Part shown: piece by piece, positions 48,404 through 61,809 of the stretch
Position numbering within the stretch: the first letter of the stretch is position 1
How the letters are laid out: each line of letters opens with the position of its first letter
Source of the DNA: Callorhinchus milii
Lineage: Eukaryota
Direction of reading: 5' to 3'
Assembly (NCBI RefSeq): GCF_018977255.1
Contig: NW_024704743.1
Span: 82,090,001 to 82,154,000 of the forward strand
Length of the DNA: 64,000 nt
Notes under the pieces: generated by a model
Seen by the model: the letters and a program-made list of their open reading frames with translations, nothing else
The model's database searches: none
What the model was told of the DNA's origin: nothing
Position numbers and translations under genes: made by a program

Positions 48404-49970
48404 GGCGTCATGTAACATATTGGTTAGAGCACTCAGCCTGGAGTTCAATTCCCGGGCAGAGCAAAACCTTAGGCAAGTTTCCTTACTTCACATGCCTCTA
48501 TTTGCCTAGCAGTAAGTAGGAACCCAGTTGTTAGTTGATTGCTGGTTTGCTTTGCCGGGGTTAATAACCCCTTAAAAAAACTAATAATAAATAAATAATG
48601 GTCACTCAATCCATCACTGTTTCTCCTCCTTACTTAACCTTGGCGGACCTGCCCTTGCCTGGTTCGATTCCTATCTCTCTCACCATCTCCACTTTGTTGC
48701 CTCTAACGGTTTCTCCTCCAGCCCCCGCACTGTCACGTCTGGCGTCCCCCAGGGCTCTGTCCTTGGCCCTCTCCTCTTTAATATGTACATGCTCCCCCTT
48801 GGTGACATCATCCGCAGACATGGGGTCAACTTCCATATGTATGCGGATGACACCCAACTCTAACTTTCTGCCTCCACCCTCATTTCCAGGACCACTGCTG
48901 TCCTGACAGACTACCTGTTGGACACCAAGTCCTGGATGAGGGCAAATTTCCTACAGTTGAATATGAACAAGATTGAGGCCCTCCTGATTGGCTCGCGCCA
49001 GGGCCTCAGCACCTCAGGTTCTGGCAACATCAACCTCCATGGTTGCACACTACAGCTCACCAAGCCAGTCAGGAACCTAGGTGTCTTGTTCGCCCCTCAA
49101 CTGTCTTTTCTTTCCCACATCCAAGCCATGACCCGCTCCGCCTTCCCTCACCTCCGTAACATCGCCCGACTCTGCCACTACCTCACCCCTCAGGCCGCTG
49201 AAAGTCTTGTTCATGCCTTCATCATCTCCAGGCTTGACTATGCAAATGCCCTGCTTGTCGGCCTTCCCAACTCCTCCCTCCACAGGCTGAAGATAATCCA
49301 GAACTCTGCAGCCCGTGTCCTCTCCTGCATCAAACGTGATCCCATCTCCCCCATTCTCACCCGACTCCATTGGCTCCCTATCCTGCAGAGGATCCAGTTC
49401 AAGATCCTGGTCCTCACATACAAAGCCCTCCGGCCTGCTCCATGTCCCCCAACCCACCCACCCCACTATTGGCAGGAGAGCCTTCAGCCACTCTGCCGCC
49501 AACCCTGGAATTCCATCCCCCAATCACTCCACCTCGCCCCCTCCTTAGCCTCCTTCAAGTCCTGCCTCAAAACCCTTCTCTTCGACCATGCCATTGGCCT
49601 TCCCCTTCCCCTCCCCTCGCTTTTCCCCCCTTGACACCAGCTCGGGTCTGAAATGCTGTACACTGTCCAGCGCCTTGGGACATCCTCCCGACATGAAAGG
49701 CCTATACAAATGTAATCTTGTTGTTGTTGTTGTTTGTGGGACACCGCTGTGCATAATTGGCTGCCGCGTTTTGCCCACGAATATACAGTCATGGCACTTT
49801 ACAGTGTGTTCTGTGAAGCGCTTTGGGACGTCCTCCCGACGTGAAAAGCGCTATATCAAATGCAAGTATTATTATTATTTACAATATATTCTGTGAAGCA
49901 CTTTGAGATGTCTCAAAGACATGCTAAAGCACGATATCTAATGAAAGGATTATTATTTTATTATTATTAT
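48404..49970 (+). mobile_element. SINE split by an L2 and carrying two successive tails
   Basis: Head and body 48404-48620; resumes at 'gtttgtgggacaccgctgtg' near 49732; young-type tail to ~49878, then old-type tail to 49970. Confidence 0.8.
48622..49733 (+). mobile_element. 5'-truncated L2 LINE
   Basis: [21 protein letters not shown] 48918-49634; (TTG)n tail. Confidence 0.95.
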
Positions 49971-50534
49971 AAAGCAGTCTTGGTCAGGGACTGTATATGA
50001 GGAAAAAGGAAGAGCTGAGGGTCGAACCAAACACTAAGGTTATGCCCTGGTTTAGTGAGTTTGAAAGTAAGACTTCATTATTGAAGTTTGTCTTTCAAAC
50101 ACTTCACTATTAATTTGATTTATTTGTTAATCTTTGTTAATCTTTTCAGCCTTAGTGGTGTAATGCGCTATGGGAAACATTAGTAAATACCTAAAGCACC
50201 ATGTACAGCTGGAGAATTCATCATTTCCACTTCTGCCTCCCATCCCAAAACAAAATTAGCACCTCACTGAAACCTCACCCGTTACTCTATGTGCCTGCAT
50301 TAGTCTACAGATGATGTATTATACAAAATCCACTTAGTTTAGGGAATAGATCTGCCTGCTGATCACAAACACTGCTTCCTGGGCCTCCCATCTGACTAAT
50401 ATAATTATTATTATTATTATTATAATATAGAGTAACAGATGCAGAAGCCAAATTGGCAAATGTTGATGGCAGTTCAGTCAGGAGGAGCATAATATATGAA
50501 CATAAGAATTGCTAGATGAATAAATCTTTTACTG

Positions 50535-52398
50535 CCCCTGGAAAAAGCTTGCACCTGAGTCCCTCACAAATGCCCTCTCTTGCTCGGACCTCCTCACCCT
50601 CTGGCCCTCCATCTGCAGCAATCCTGATGCAGCCATCAAGGTGCTGAATGACCATCTCTCGACAACCTTCAATTCCCTGACTCCCCTGAAATCCAGGGCT
50701 GTTTCCAAATCCTAGAGTTCCTAGACTTCTTCCGCCTCAAGATTGAAAACATCCATATGGCTGCATCATCTTCCCCGCCCAATATCCCCTCCCACCCCAC
50801 CCAGACCATCCACACCACTTTCTCCCTCCTCCACGGCTCCTGCCACTCCCCCATTCTTTCACTCCTTTGCCCCCATTTCTCCCTCCTCCCTCTCAACCAC
50901 AATCTCTCGCATGAAGTTCACCACCTGCTGCCTTGACCCCCTCCCCACCCAGCTGCTGGTCACTCAACTTCCCATCCTCTCTCCCCTGCTGGCCGACATG
51001 GTCAACCAGTCTCGCTCCTCAGGCTCTGTTCCACTCCCCCTGAAAACCGTTATCATCACACCCCTCTTCAAAAAAAAACACCCTCAATCCCTCTAATCTC
51101 TCACACTACCATCCCATTTCCAACTTGCCCTTCCTTGCCAAAGTCCTGGAAGGCATTGTTGCAGATCAACTTCGGTCACACTCTCCCTCCACTCCTTCCT
51201 CGAACCCCTGCAGTCTGGTTTTTGCCCTGCCCACAGCACAGAGACAGCACTTGTCAAAGTCACAAACAACATCCTCTCTATCTGTGACCAGGGCTCCCTC
51301 TGCCTTTTCGTCCTCCTGGATCTCTCTACTGCATACGACACAGTCAACCATACCATCCTCCTCCACCGACTCTCCTCCCTCATCCAAGTTTACCCTGTGT
51401 CCGCTCCATCCTTGGCCCCCTTCTTTTCCTCATCTATATGCTCCCCCTTGGCAATATCATCCGCAGACACTGGGTAAATTTCCACATGTATGTGGATGAC
51501 ACACAAATCTACTTTGCCGCCTCCAGTATCGACTCCAGGTCCACCAATGCTCTATCAGCTTGTCTGGCAGACATCAGAGCCTGGATGAGTATAAACTTCC
51601 TGCAACTGACTGTGGACCAGACAGAACCCATACTCGTTGGCTCCCGACAATGTCTTCACTCCTACAGAACTGAACTCCTCAAACTCCCTGGGCTCTCCCT
51701 CAGATTCACCGAACAGTGTGCAATCTAGGCATCTGGTTCAATCCCCAGCTGTCCTTCTTTCACCACATCCAGTCCCTGACCAGGACAACCGTCCTCCACC
51801 TCCGCCACACTGCCCGCCTCCGACCGAACCTTACCCCAAACACAGCTGAAACCTTTGTGCATACGTTTGTCACCTCCCGCCTGGATTACTCAAAGGCACT
51901 CCACACCAGACTCCCCAGCTCCACTATTTAAAAAATACAGCTCATTCAGAACTCTGCCACCCGCATACTGACCCAGACTAAACTCCGTACACACATCTCA
52001 CCAGTTCTGGCCAGGCTCCACTGGCTCCCCATCACTGAACGGATCGAAATCAAGATCCTCACACTCGTCTTCAAATCCCTTCACTCCCTGGCACCTCCCT
52101 ACCTCTCCGACCTCCTCAGTCCCCAATCCACCCCCGGCGTTTCCACTCGACTGGCACTGGCCTCCTGCTTGTCCCTCACACCCTCCGCCCCATCATCGGA
52201 AATCGCACTTTCAGCCACTACGCCCCAAAACTCTAGAACACACTCCCTTAATCCCTCCACCTTGCCCCCTCTCTCCCCCTTTTCAAGTCCCACCTGAAAA
52301 CCTTCCTTTTCGACTCAGAGTCAGGCTCCGCCACTGTTAAGCACTCTGAGACGCTACCCTGCATGGAGGACGCTATATAGTGCAAGTTGTTGTTGTTG
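50535..52398 (+). mobile_element. L2 subfamily B, longest copy, with deletions
   Basis: TTCCLDPLPTQLL, YVDDTQIY, subfamily B tail; flanked by what look like two halves of a reverse CR1 tail (50498-50520 and 52399-52450). Confidence 0.93.
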
Positions 52399-54529
52399 AA
52401 GGAAGACTAAGGGCCATCCAGTTTGCCTTCCACCATCCTGGCAGTCGCATGCACATGTCATGTCCCAAACTATATATTGTATCCCATAGTATTATTTCCT
52501 AAAATAAATCTATCCAATTTGCACATTCTAGGAAACTGAAGGATCCAGCCTGGTTTTAACTGACAGTGCCTCCTTTGGGATGACAATAAATGATTAGTGT
52601 GTGTTTGCAATCTGAAATAAATTACCAGTTATTGCAATACTTGCTTTTCTTTAGTTTTTAATAGATGTGTTAATTTGGCAGATGATCAAAACCTGTGAAA
52701 TTACAATACAGCGTTAACTATCATGTTACTACTTACAAACCCTGTCTTAGGCAATCTGTTCTATAAATGAGAGTAAGTGGATTACAGCAGTCATAGTTGG
52801 AACAGCAACTAGGAGCATATTGTTACTTCATTGGTTCAATCAATAAGAAAGTAATGTAGAACTTGCATGTTAGAAATGCCTTTTTAAAAATGAAGTCTAT
52901 TTTCAAGGGAAATTGTGACTGCAGATTGTTTGTAGAGGATATTTTTAAATATATATCCTTGTGTTTGATACAACATAATGATATAATGCTGAGAACATCT
53001 CAAGTGCATCACAAAGTTTCTGTGAAGTGTAGCGATTGTGCAATTCATTGGCAAATATATGTAGGGCAGGAAGAAATGTGATAATCACACATCGCATTCC
53101 CCCACTCCATTTTGTGCAATCTAACCACTATTGTGAATACGGGTTATTTTTCAATCAACAACAATTTACATTTATATAGGGCCCTTCACGTGCGGTACGT
53201 AACTTTACACAATTATTTCTATTTATAAAACATGCCATCCTGTGCAGTATTAAGAAAGGAAATATTGAGGAAGAATGAGCTTCACATGTGTTAGAACAGT
53301 ATATAAGCAGTCATTCACAGAATAATCCTGTGTGCTGCGTTAGAATTTCTCACTTTTTTGTTTACAGTACACAGATATACTGTTATTTTGCCAGGAAAGC
53401 TGGTGTTAGTGTAACCATGATTGGTCTTCAGTTTCCAAACTGCATTAACCCAGAGACTTGCCAGGAAGTCTACAGACAAGCCTGTCTGTGTGCCAACCAG
53501 TTAAGCACATTTTTAGCAGCTCAAGCCTTGTGTTGCTGAAAAATACTAAAATTACAATAATAAAGCTACTCAAACATGTGGAAAGTTTTATTTCATATAA
53601 TATTAATTATAATATTAATCCCCAAACTACTAAAATTAATATAATAGCTACAATTTACAGTAAAAATCAATAAACTAAATGTATGTCTAGGTTGATATCC
53701 TTTATCTATTCCTAGTGGTAATATGTCATGGAAAAAAAATCATTATTTGCTATATATTATTTCTTACCATTCAGTGTCCTGCAAATACCGTGTACACAAA
53801 AAGTGAATAGCATGCATACAAAAGAAATGAAATTCATCACCACTCTCAGTATGTGGATCTTCTATGTGAACTCTCCCATAACCTGTTAGCCCTGCAAACT
53901 CGTCTTCCCAAAATAATTATCTAAATATTGTCTGCATCGTACTATTTGAAATGAAAAACAAGTTTCTCCTGTTGTCACAGCCAACAATTTTCCACTAAAA
54001 TTGATCATTCACTTCATGGCTGTTTATGGATCATTGCTATCTGCAAAGTGGCTGCCACATTTGTCTACAATGTCATTTTACTTAATAGTAAAATCCTGTG
54101 ATGTGCTTTGAAATGTTTCAACAATATAATAAGGCATTATATAAAGTGCAATCAATATTACAAGTGATTCAATCGGAAAAAGTCATTGAACACAGCACCA
54201 ACAATTTGGAAATACAAGTATTCAAGAAGCACTGCAACTGAACTCTACTTACACATCAATTTCAGTAAATGGAGATAATGAGTTCTGAACCTTTCTCTCA
54301 AGAGCATTATGCAGTAGCTGGGGCCAACCTCTGTGCTTCCAGTATTATACTAACATAACATTAATTCTACTGATACAGCAATACAGCTCTTGTGAACCTA
54401 TCATTTTGTGCAATCTATTGAAATTCATCCCATAAGAATGAAGAAAGCAATGTTAATTACTTACACCACGTTTACAACTGGGAGAAGACTCCCCAGGAAG
54501 CAACCGGTTGGAAAACATGGGCTTTTTGG

Positions 54530-55323
54530 GTGTTCCTTCCACCTCACATCTGTGCCATGACCCACTCTTCCATCCCCCACTTCCGCAACATCGCCCGGTT
54601 CCTTCACTGTCTCACTCCGCAGGCCACCAAAACCCTCATACACGCTTTTATTATATCCAGGCTTGACTATGCAAACTGCTTGCTTTTCGGCCTCCCCAAC
54701 TCCTCTACCTACAGGCTGCAGATCATTCAGAGCTCTACAGCCCATGTCCTCTCCCGCACCAGCTCTCCATGGTCTTACTTCCCCTACCTCTGCGACCTCC
54801 TAACCCCCTACCATCCTGCTCGCTCCCTCCCCCCTACTTCATGTCCTCTGGCTCTCTCACCCCACTATTGGCGGGCAAGCCTTCTGCCACTTTGCCTCCA
54901 CCCTCTGGAACTCCATCCCCCGTCCCTCCAGCTCGCCCCTTCCCTTGCCTCCTTCAAGACCCATCTCAAGACCCTCCTCTTCGACCGTGCTTTCAATCTC
55001 CCTGCTTCCCTTCTTGCCATCCACCCTCCCCGATCCCGACTCCCAGCTCAGGTCCGAAACTCTGTCTCTCCAGAGCCTTGGGACGTCCTCCTGACGTGAA
55101 AGGCACTATACAAATGTAATTTTGTTGTTGTTGCTGTTGCTGTTGCTCACGCCTTTGCCTCCTTCAAGGTAAGTCTCAATATCCTCCTTTTCAACCAAAC
55201 CGTCAGCCTCCCTCCTACCCCTACTCTCCCTGCCTTCCACCCCTCCTGATCCCAACCCCCAGCTCGGTCCAAATCTCTAACTTTCCAGTGAAAGACATTA
55301 TACAAATATGATTTGTTGTTGTT
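54530..55323 (+). mobile_element. L2 3' fragment followed by a second L2 3' end in tandem
   Basis: ORF 54530-55099; first tail ~55075-55146; second 3' region and tail 55150-55323. Confidence 0.9.
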
Positions 55324-57715
55324 ATATGTTTAGATTGGGAAACCTCAATATAAAGAAACAAGAGGAAAAAAATCCTGATTTTTAGTTACTGATCTGAAAG
55401 ACTCCTTTGTCTTTTAAAGCGACAATGTGTTGGCACAATCAGCTCATCTCAATCAGTGGAAAATCGAACAGCATTTGAAGAATTCAAATGCTCCTGGCTG
55501 GTCACAAACTCACTTTCTTGAAGTTGATCAGACTAAGGTTGGTAAAGTCAAGGTCAAGCTGGCATGAGCAGCATGAGCTGCAGCCTTGATTCCAGCATTG
55601 GCCTCTAAATCAGGATAATGGCAGTACTAAAGAAATCCAACTCATCATTTATCAATATAGATAAATATACACAAATAATTAAACAATTTGAGATGTACAA
55701 AACACAAACGCAAATGATTAACCTCCATTTCCACACCTCATATAATATTTTAATCCATAGAACAAAGACTCCGTGCTACTTTCAACATTCCCGCAAGAGG
55801 TGGAACCAAGCAGCTCGTGTTTCCTTTTAGGCTTATCTCCTGGCAGATAAGCAATGCAACACTGCCTGAAAAAATAAACAAACCAGCAGACCCCAGCCAA
55901 GACACTTGACATATCCTAATTTAAAAACAGCATGACACAACTTAAACAAAATATAATCACTCACTGTCCCAATCATTCGCTTCCGCTTAAAATAGAGCAA
56001 ACAAAGAAACGCAATCACCATTTCAACAACATTCTCATGACCCCAGTTTTTTACAAACCACCCTGAATCTAAATAAGACATTACTCAAACAACAAACCAA
56101 AACTCTTCAGGCCTTCATCAAGGTTTAACTTCACACAAATCATCACCTAGAACCTCAGTCACTCCAGCTTTATCTTTCACAGATCTAGATTTCTCTTTAA
56201 TATATGATTGAGCTTCACTAGGGAGGACAACTATCCTTATTCGTCACCTCACCCAAAATGAATCTTCATTCAACAAACTCTTAAAAAAGCCATGTCTCTC
56301 AGATTTTACGCTCCATAAGATTATGTACTGCCACCTGTTAATATATTAGGAATTTGCATGGATAGATAAGATATGGCACTTGCTCTGAATATAGGTTCTT
56401 TGCAACACTAGGAGAGTACGTAATATGGGGGTTTGTTACAATTAACCACTTGTCCTGAAATTGAAGGACACATTGGAGATCCCAAGACGAATGGAATTTA
56501 AGTTTCCTTTTTCTTCCGAGTGTGCATTTCATACATGAAGTGAGTTTGAACAAAGAATGAGCCTATGATTCAAATTTGACCATAATTGAGCAGATTGTAG
56601 TTAAGTTAATAATTTCACCTAGAGAAGTCACAAGGGCAGCTAGAGAGGAGCACAGAAACATTCACACTGGTACAGTATAGCATAGTAAGGAGTGTTCTTC
56701 TGAGACTGGGTGTAGGCATCCATCCATTGGCAATACGCCCAGGCTTGATTATTGTGGCGTGTGAGGGAAGTCTGTATGTGATGTCCAAGGTAATGTTAGA
56801 CAATGTAAACTCTGATAATTCCTTCTAGCCAGGAAGACATGGCAGTATTGTGGCCGACTCTTCGAACAAATGTTTGTCTTAAAAATGTTGGTATTGTAAT
56901 GCTATATGGACAATCCTAATGCAAGACTCAAACTGAGATAACAGTATTTGTACTGGAGCATAAAGCAGAATCAATACTTTGTGTAAATTACCAGATGAAT
57001 CATGCATTTGTCTTGGCAAAGCAGATCTTCCACAAGTTCATGTCCAGGTCTTCCACCTATTTGCAGAGTTTCCATTCTGTATAGCAATATACTCACTCAC
57101 TCTATTTTCCCAATGTCAGTTCAGGTCTTTTTGTGTGTTAATTGAGGAGTTAGTTAAGGGAATAATTCTAAGAAACAAGAAAACCAAAAAAGTGATTCAA
57201 ACATTTTGTTCAAAAGGCATTGATTACTTAAATACATTGGTAGGTAAAAAAAAACTGCTTTTATTAAAAGAATAACAAAATAATATAATGAGCGTGGCAA
57301 AAGAGAAAATCACCACAAATGGACAAAGCACAAGAAATCCCTTTATTAGTGGATTTCAAAACTTTGCAGAAAGCTTTGACCTGCAACAATTGAAAATTAG
57401 TCAAAGCTTAGATTTTGCACAATTTTTCCTAGCTGCTGGAAAATAGGTTGTGATTTCATGTACATTATCTGAATTATTCTAAATAATCAATATATTGATT
57501 ACCCTCATTATGATTAGATCCCAATTGGCACCTATTCACATTGTAGATCCCATTTGCTCGTCAAAATGCCTAATGGGGCAATTTCCCATTGTTCTTGTTC
57601 TTGACTCCAGTAACAAGAAGTAAAAGTAAAAGAAGTAAAAGTACAAGTATTTTATACTGATGTCTTATAATAGCTATTGTATTTTTATCATTCTTGTATA
57701 GTATTCTTATATTTG

Positions 57716-58026
57716 GGTGTCAACCTGGTTCAGTTGGTAACATTCTCACCACTGTATCAGAAGGCTATGGAATCAAGCCCCTCATTGGGACTTTGAACTC
57801 ACAGACTAGGCTTAAGCTCCAATACACTGCTGGGGAAGCATTGCATTATTGGAGATGCCATCCTTCAGATGAGACATTAAACTAAGGTCTTATCTGTCTG
57901 TTCAGATGGACATTAAAGATCTCACGGCAAAATATTGAAAAAGAGAAGGGAGTTTCTCCCAGTGTCCAGGCCAACAATTCATCAGATAAAATTCATTATT
58001 TGCTTCATGGCTGTTTATGGGACATT
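57716..58026 (+). mobile_element. Deu-domain SINE
   Basis: Head 'gtcaacctggttcagttggtaac' and core 'cagatgagacattaaactaagg...ttcagatggacattaaagatctcacggca'. Confidence 0.85.
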
Positions 58027-58162
58027 AGAATGAGGAAACATGTGGAGTCCTGTAACATATTGATTAGAGCACTCGTCTCACAAGCGAGAGGACTCGGGTT
58101 TGATTCCCGGGTGGCATGAAACCTTAGGCAAGTTTCCTTACTCCAGACAACTCTGTTTACCT

Positions 58163-58821
58163 GCTTTCCTACTGAGTCAACTCGCTCAGTTCCCGTTATC
58201 CCTGCAATTCAAAGCCCTAACGGGTAGGCTGGTCCTACTTAGACAAGCAACAGGAAAGTTTGCCGGACAGCAGTATTAATGGCAAGCTGTACGGTTTTAG
58301 GTGCTTAGACTCCAGCAGTACCTCAGCACACACTCTGGGGTCCCTAAGCCTACTCCTGCTCCTAATACTTTTTGGAATTAGGCAACAAGATTTCATTTAT
58401 AGAGTGCCTTTCACGTCGGGAGGACGTCCCAAGGTGCTGGACAGTTGGGTCAGGACCCGAGCAGGGGGGAAATGGTCAGCGTGAGGGGAGGGAAGGGAGG
58501 GAGCGAGGAGGGTGTAGAGAGTCGAAAGGGGAGCTGAAGGCACAGTCAAAGAGAAAGGTCTTGAGACCGGCCTTGAAGGAGAAAAGGGAGGAAGCAAGGC
58601 GAAGGCACTGGGGGATGGAGTTTCAGAGCCTCGGGGCTGAGGTAAGCAGGTAAGCAGGTTAGGTCCCTCTAGGGAGAGAGTGCGCATTCCATCCCAACCA
58701 TCTATCTCTGGGATTTCCATGTACAGGTGGGATGCATGGAAATCTCAGATTGCTTTGGATAGTTTTTAGCATGGTGATGAGTTTCTGCATGTGTCAGATA
58801 CCCGGCTGACACAATTTTGTT
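58163..58821 (+). mobile_element. RTE-like LINE 3' end, itself split by a young L2
   Basis: Collinear with the 44140 copy on both sides of the L2 ('ggaattagg' ... 'taagcagg'). Confidence 0.7.
58383..58642 (-). mobile_element. Young L2 3' end
   Basis: Near-identical to ~32090-32350. Confidence 0.93.
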
Positions 58822-60597
58822 TTTACCTACCAGTAAGTAGAAACCCGGTTGTTAGTCGATTGGTGGTTCGCTTTCACGGTTAATAATCTCTCCAAAATAA
58901 ATAAATAAATAAATAACAATAATAATTTGGTCACTCAATTCACGACTGTTTGTGGGACTCTGTTGTGTGCAATTGGCTGTCGCGTTTTGCCCACAAAATA
59001 TACAGTCAATTGACATTACAGTATATTCTGTGAAGCGCTTTGAAACATCTCAATGACGTGATGAGGTGCTACATCAAATGGAAGGATTAGCATATTATTC
59101 TATTATGAGCAAATTGGTGGTTTACACAATACAAACACTATCCTACACAGTAAATCTTGTGAAGTGGTTTGATATGTCATCCTAATGTGAAATGTAGTGC
59201 AGTATAGCAAATGCAAGAATTTTTTTATGTATCTGTTCATTACATTAATACTTCTCATTAATAAAACAAGGACAAGGCGACTGCATGTCACATAAAGGTA
59301 AATAAACTACTTCAAGGGAAATGAGGTGAACTCCACTCATGATGTAGGCCTCTCTATAATTCAATCTCAATGGCAGAATTACAAAGAGCACTGCACAATT
59401 TCTCATTGTGTTACTTCTTGCTTTAGTTGTTCGATGCATCACTCCAATGAGTTTCTTCTATGAAAGCCCGAAAACAATTCAAGTTATACTGTGATTGAAC
59501 AAAAAAATTACTCCTTACCTGGATAGCCTATTGTTAAACTGGGTAATCACAAAATTTCTTTAATGAACCAGTAAGACCAGAAGCTGAGTTTCTTCATAGT
59601 TCTTAAATATTAAACAGAAATACACAGATCCAATAAACTGAGGGTGGTAAGGTTACCTGTTTGCCAGTGTTAATTAAGTGTGTATACACTTTAGTCAGGC
59701 ACACAGCCAACCTCCAATTTAACACAGTTCTTGATTTTATTTCAATAACATCAATCTGATCTGGCAGCTACAGTAATTGTTCCCATAAATGTTCTGACTC
59801 AATACCACTTGTTAATAAAGAACACATTAGTTAACTGAATAAATGCTTCACAGCACCCATTGTAAAAAAAACGAAAAGAGGCACTATTTCAGTAGCACAG
59901 ATAGTGATAAAACAAATCCTTCCAGTCTGCCTTAGTACTGCTTTATTTTATGACTGAGATTTCTTACAATTAAAATGAAAAGATTGTAGTACAGCTGGCA
60001 ATTGCATTGCATATAATTCACCATTGGAGAGGCCAGGAAAAGAGGAAAAGAGTTAAACAAGGTCGGAGCCTGTTTAGAATTACACACCAAATAACCTTGT
60101 CAGAATTTTTGCCTAAAGTTTCTAATTGCATTTTGAGACTGTAAGGTAGAATTTTTCTTTGGTGGAAATAGGATTATCCAAATTATATTTTGTGGCCTTA
60201 AAATAAATCCCCAATATGAAGCGATCTATATAGTGGCATCAAATCTATACAAACAAACATAATGCTTGGGAATTGAAAAAACTAAATGTACATTCAAGCA
60301 GAGTGTAATGTGCCACCTGAGGGCTGATTTACAGAAAGTGACTGTACCAGACTGGAGAGGCTCACACGCTGTGCGGTGTTCTCTCACCCACAAACATCAC
60401 AGTTTGATCAAATGCCTCAACCCAGTCCGGACATCATTAAAACAGACAAGCACATTTGCTGCATAACTACTTTGCAATGCTGTGCAAGGCGATTACTCCC
60501 TGCCAGATCAGGGCAGTCAGTGGCACCACCCCACCTGCGGAAGGGCAAACTCTAATGGGCTCAACTTCTTCAAGAGAATGCCCTCCCTGTACCATCA

Positions 60598-60598
60598 C

Positions 60599-60638
<40 letters not shown>
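60598..60638. repeat. Compound microsatellite (CT)n(AT)n
   Basis: Read directly. Confidence 0.95.
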
Positions 60639-61186
60639 CAGCCTGGCTCAGTTAGTAGCACACTCACCTCTGTCAGGAGGCGGTGGGCCTAAGCTGCACC
60701 TCGAGGCATTGAAGTTAGTTTCACTATTCGCACTCTCTGCCCCGATTTAGATTGTTCTGTGGTCAACAGCTCATCCATGATGTATCTACACAACATGGCA
60801 AGTCAGAAGATTGTGGGTTCAAGCCCGACATTCAGAATTTGAACTCACAGTTTGGATTGACGCTCTGATACAGTGCTTGGGGAGCATTGCATTTACAGAG
60901 TGCCTGTCCTTCTGATGAGATACTAAATCTATGTGTTCAGGTGGACAGTAAAGATCTCATACCACTATTCAAAAATAGGAAATTTTTCCCAATGTTCCAG
61001 CCAACAATCCCCAAATAAAATTGATTATTCACTTCATGTCTGTTTGTGGGACATTGCTTTGCACAAATTGATTGCCTCATTCACCTAGAAGTCCCACAGT
61101 CATTGAACTTTAACAGTACATTCTGTGAAGCACTCAGTGTCCTCCTGATGTGAAAGGAACTACATCAGATGCAATAATTATTATTA
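60638..61186 (+). mobile_element. Deu-domain SINE with a duplicated or interrupted head
   Basis: Head at 60638-60700, restarts at 'gtcagaagattgtggg' (60802), then core and tail. Confidence 0.8.
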
Positions 61187-61482
61187 TGGATATGTAGTCA
61201 GTAATATCATACTGTGGCATTGTATTTGCTTTTGATGTGATGAACCTGACCATATTAATTTTGAACAACAAATGCGAGTTACTGCCCAAATTTATATTAT
61301 ACTGTTGTCTACATCTCAGCCATGATGTACTACAAAGACAGATAGACTCTCACTACATAGGAGCACAATTTACAATATTCCTTAACTCAACAAGTAATGG
61401 GTTAAGCAATATTGCAAATTTTGCTCCATAGTGCTCCAAATTCAGATTAAACCATAGACACTGATACAGTTAAGAAGAAAAA

Positions 61483-61809
61483 GAAATTGCATTTGACATA
61501 GCACTTTATCACATATTTGTGACATCTCAAAGCCCTTCACAGAATATTCTGAAAAGTAAATTGACTGTATAATTTGTGTGCGAAATGCAGCAGCCAGTGT
61601 CCCATTTTTAAAATTTTATTTATTTATTTATTTTGAAGGAATTATTACCCCCGAAAAAGTGATCTGACAATTAACTAGCAACCGAGTTCCTAGTTACTTA
61701 GGTAAACAGAGGCGTGTGGAGTAAGGAAACTTGCCCAAAATTTCACCCTGCTGGGAATCGAACTCTCGCTTGTGAGGCGAGTGCTCTAACCACTGAGCTA
61801 CAGGATTCC
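61483..61809 (-). mobile_element. tRNA-derived SINE, long form with deletion
   Basis: Reverse head 'gtgctctaaccactgagctacaggattcc'. Confidence 0.9.

Larger units (their letters stand above)
47993..50080 (-). mobile_element. Old L2 (pieces ~47993-48402 and ~49975-50080) hosting a SINE and a younger L2
   Basis: Reverse tail at left; 'gaagagctgagggtcgaacc' (FDPQLF) resumes after the insertions. Confidence 0.7.
58044..59098 (+). mobile_element. SINE split by an RTE-like insertion
   Basis: Head to 58162; resumes at 58822; TTTACCT duplicated at 58156-58162 and 58822-58828. Confidence 0.85.

Noticed and set aside
56098..56130. Second hammerhead-like string on minus (TTGATGAAGGCCTGAAG)
   Set aside because: Core deviates from CUGANGA and GAAA, and stem II has no loop.
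59519..59601. 83-nt minus-strand exon candidate with CAG|GTAAGG
   Set aside because: Stops in all three frames; could only be non-coding and cannot be supported without RNA data.
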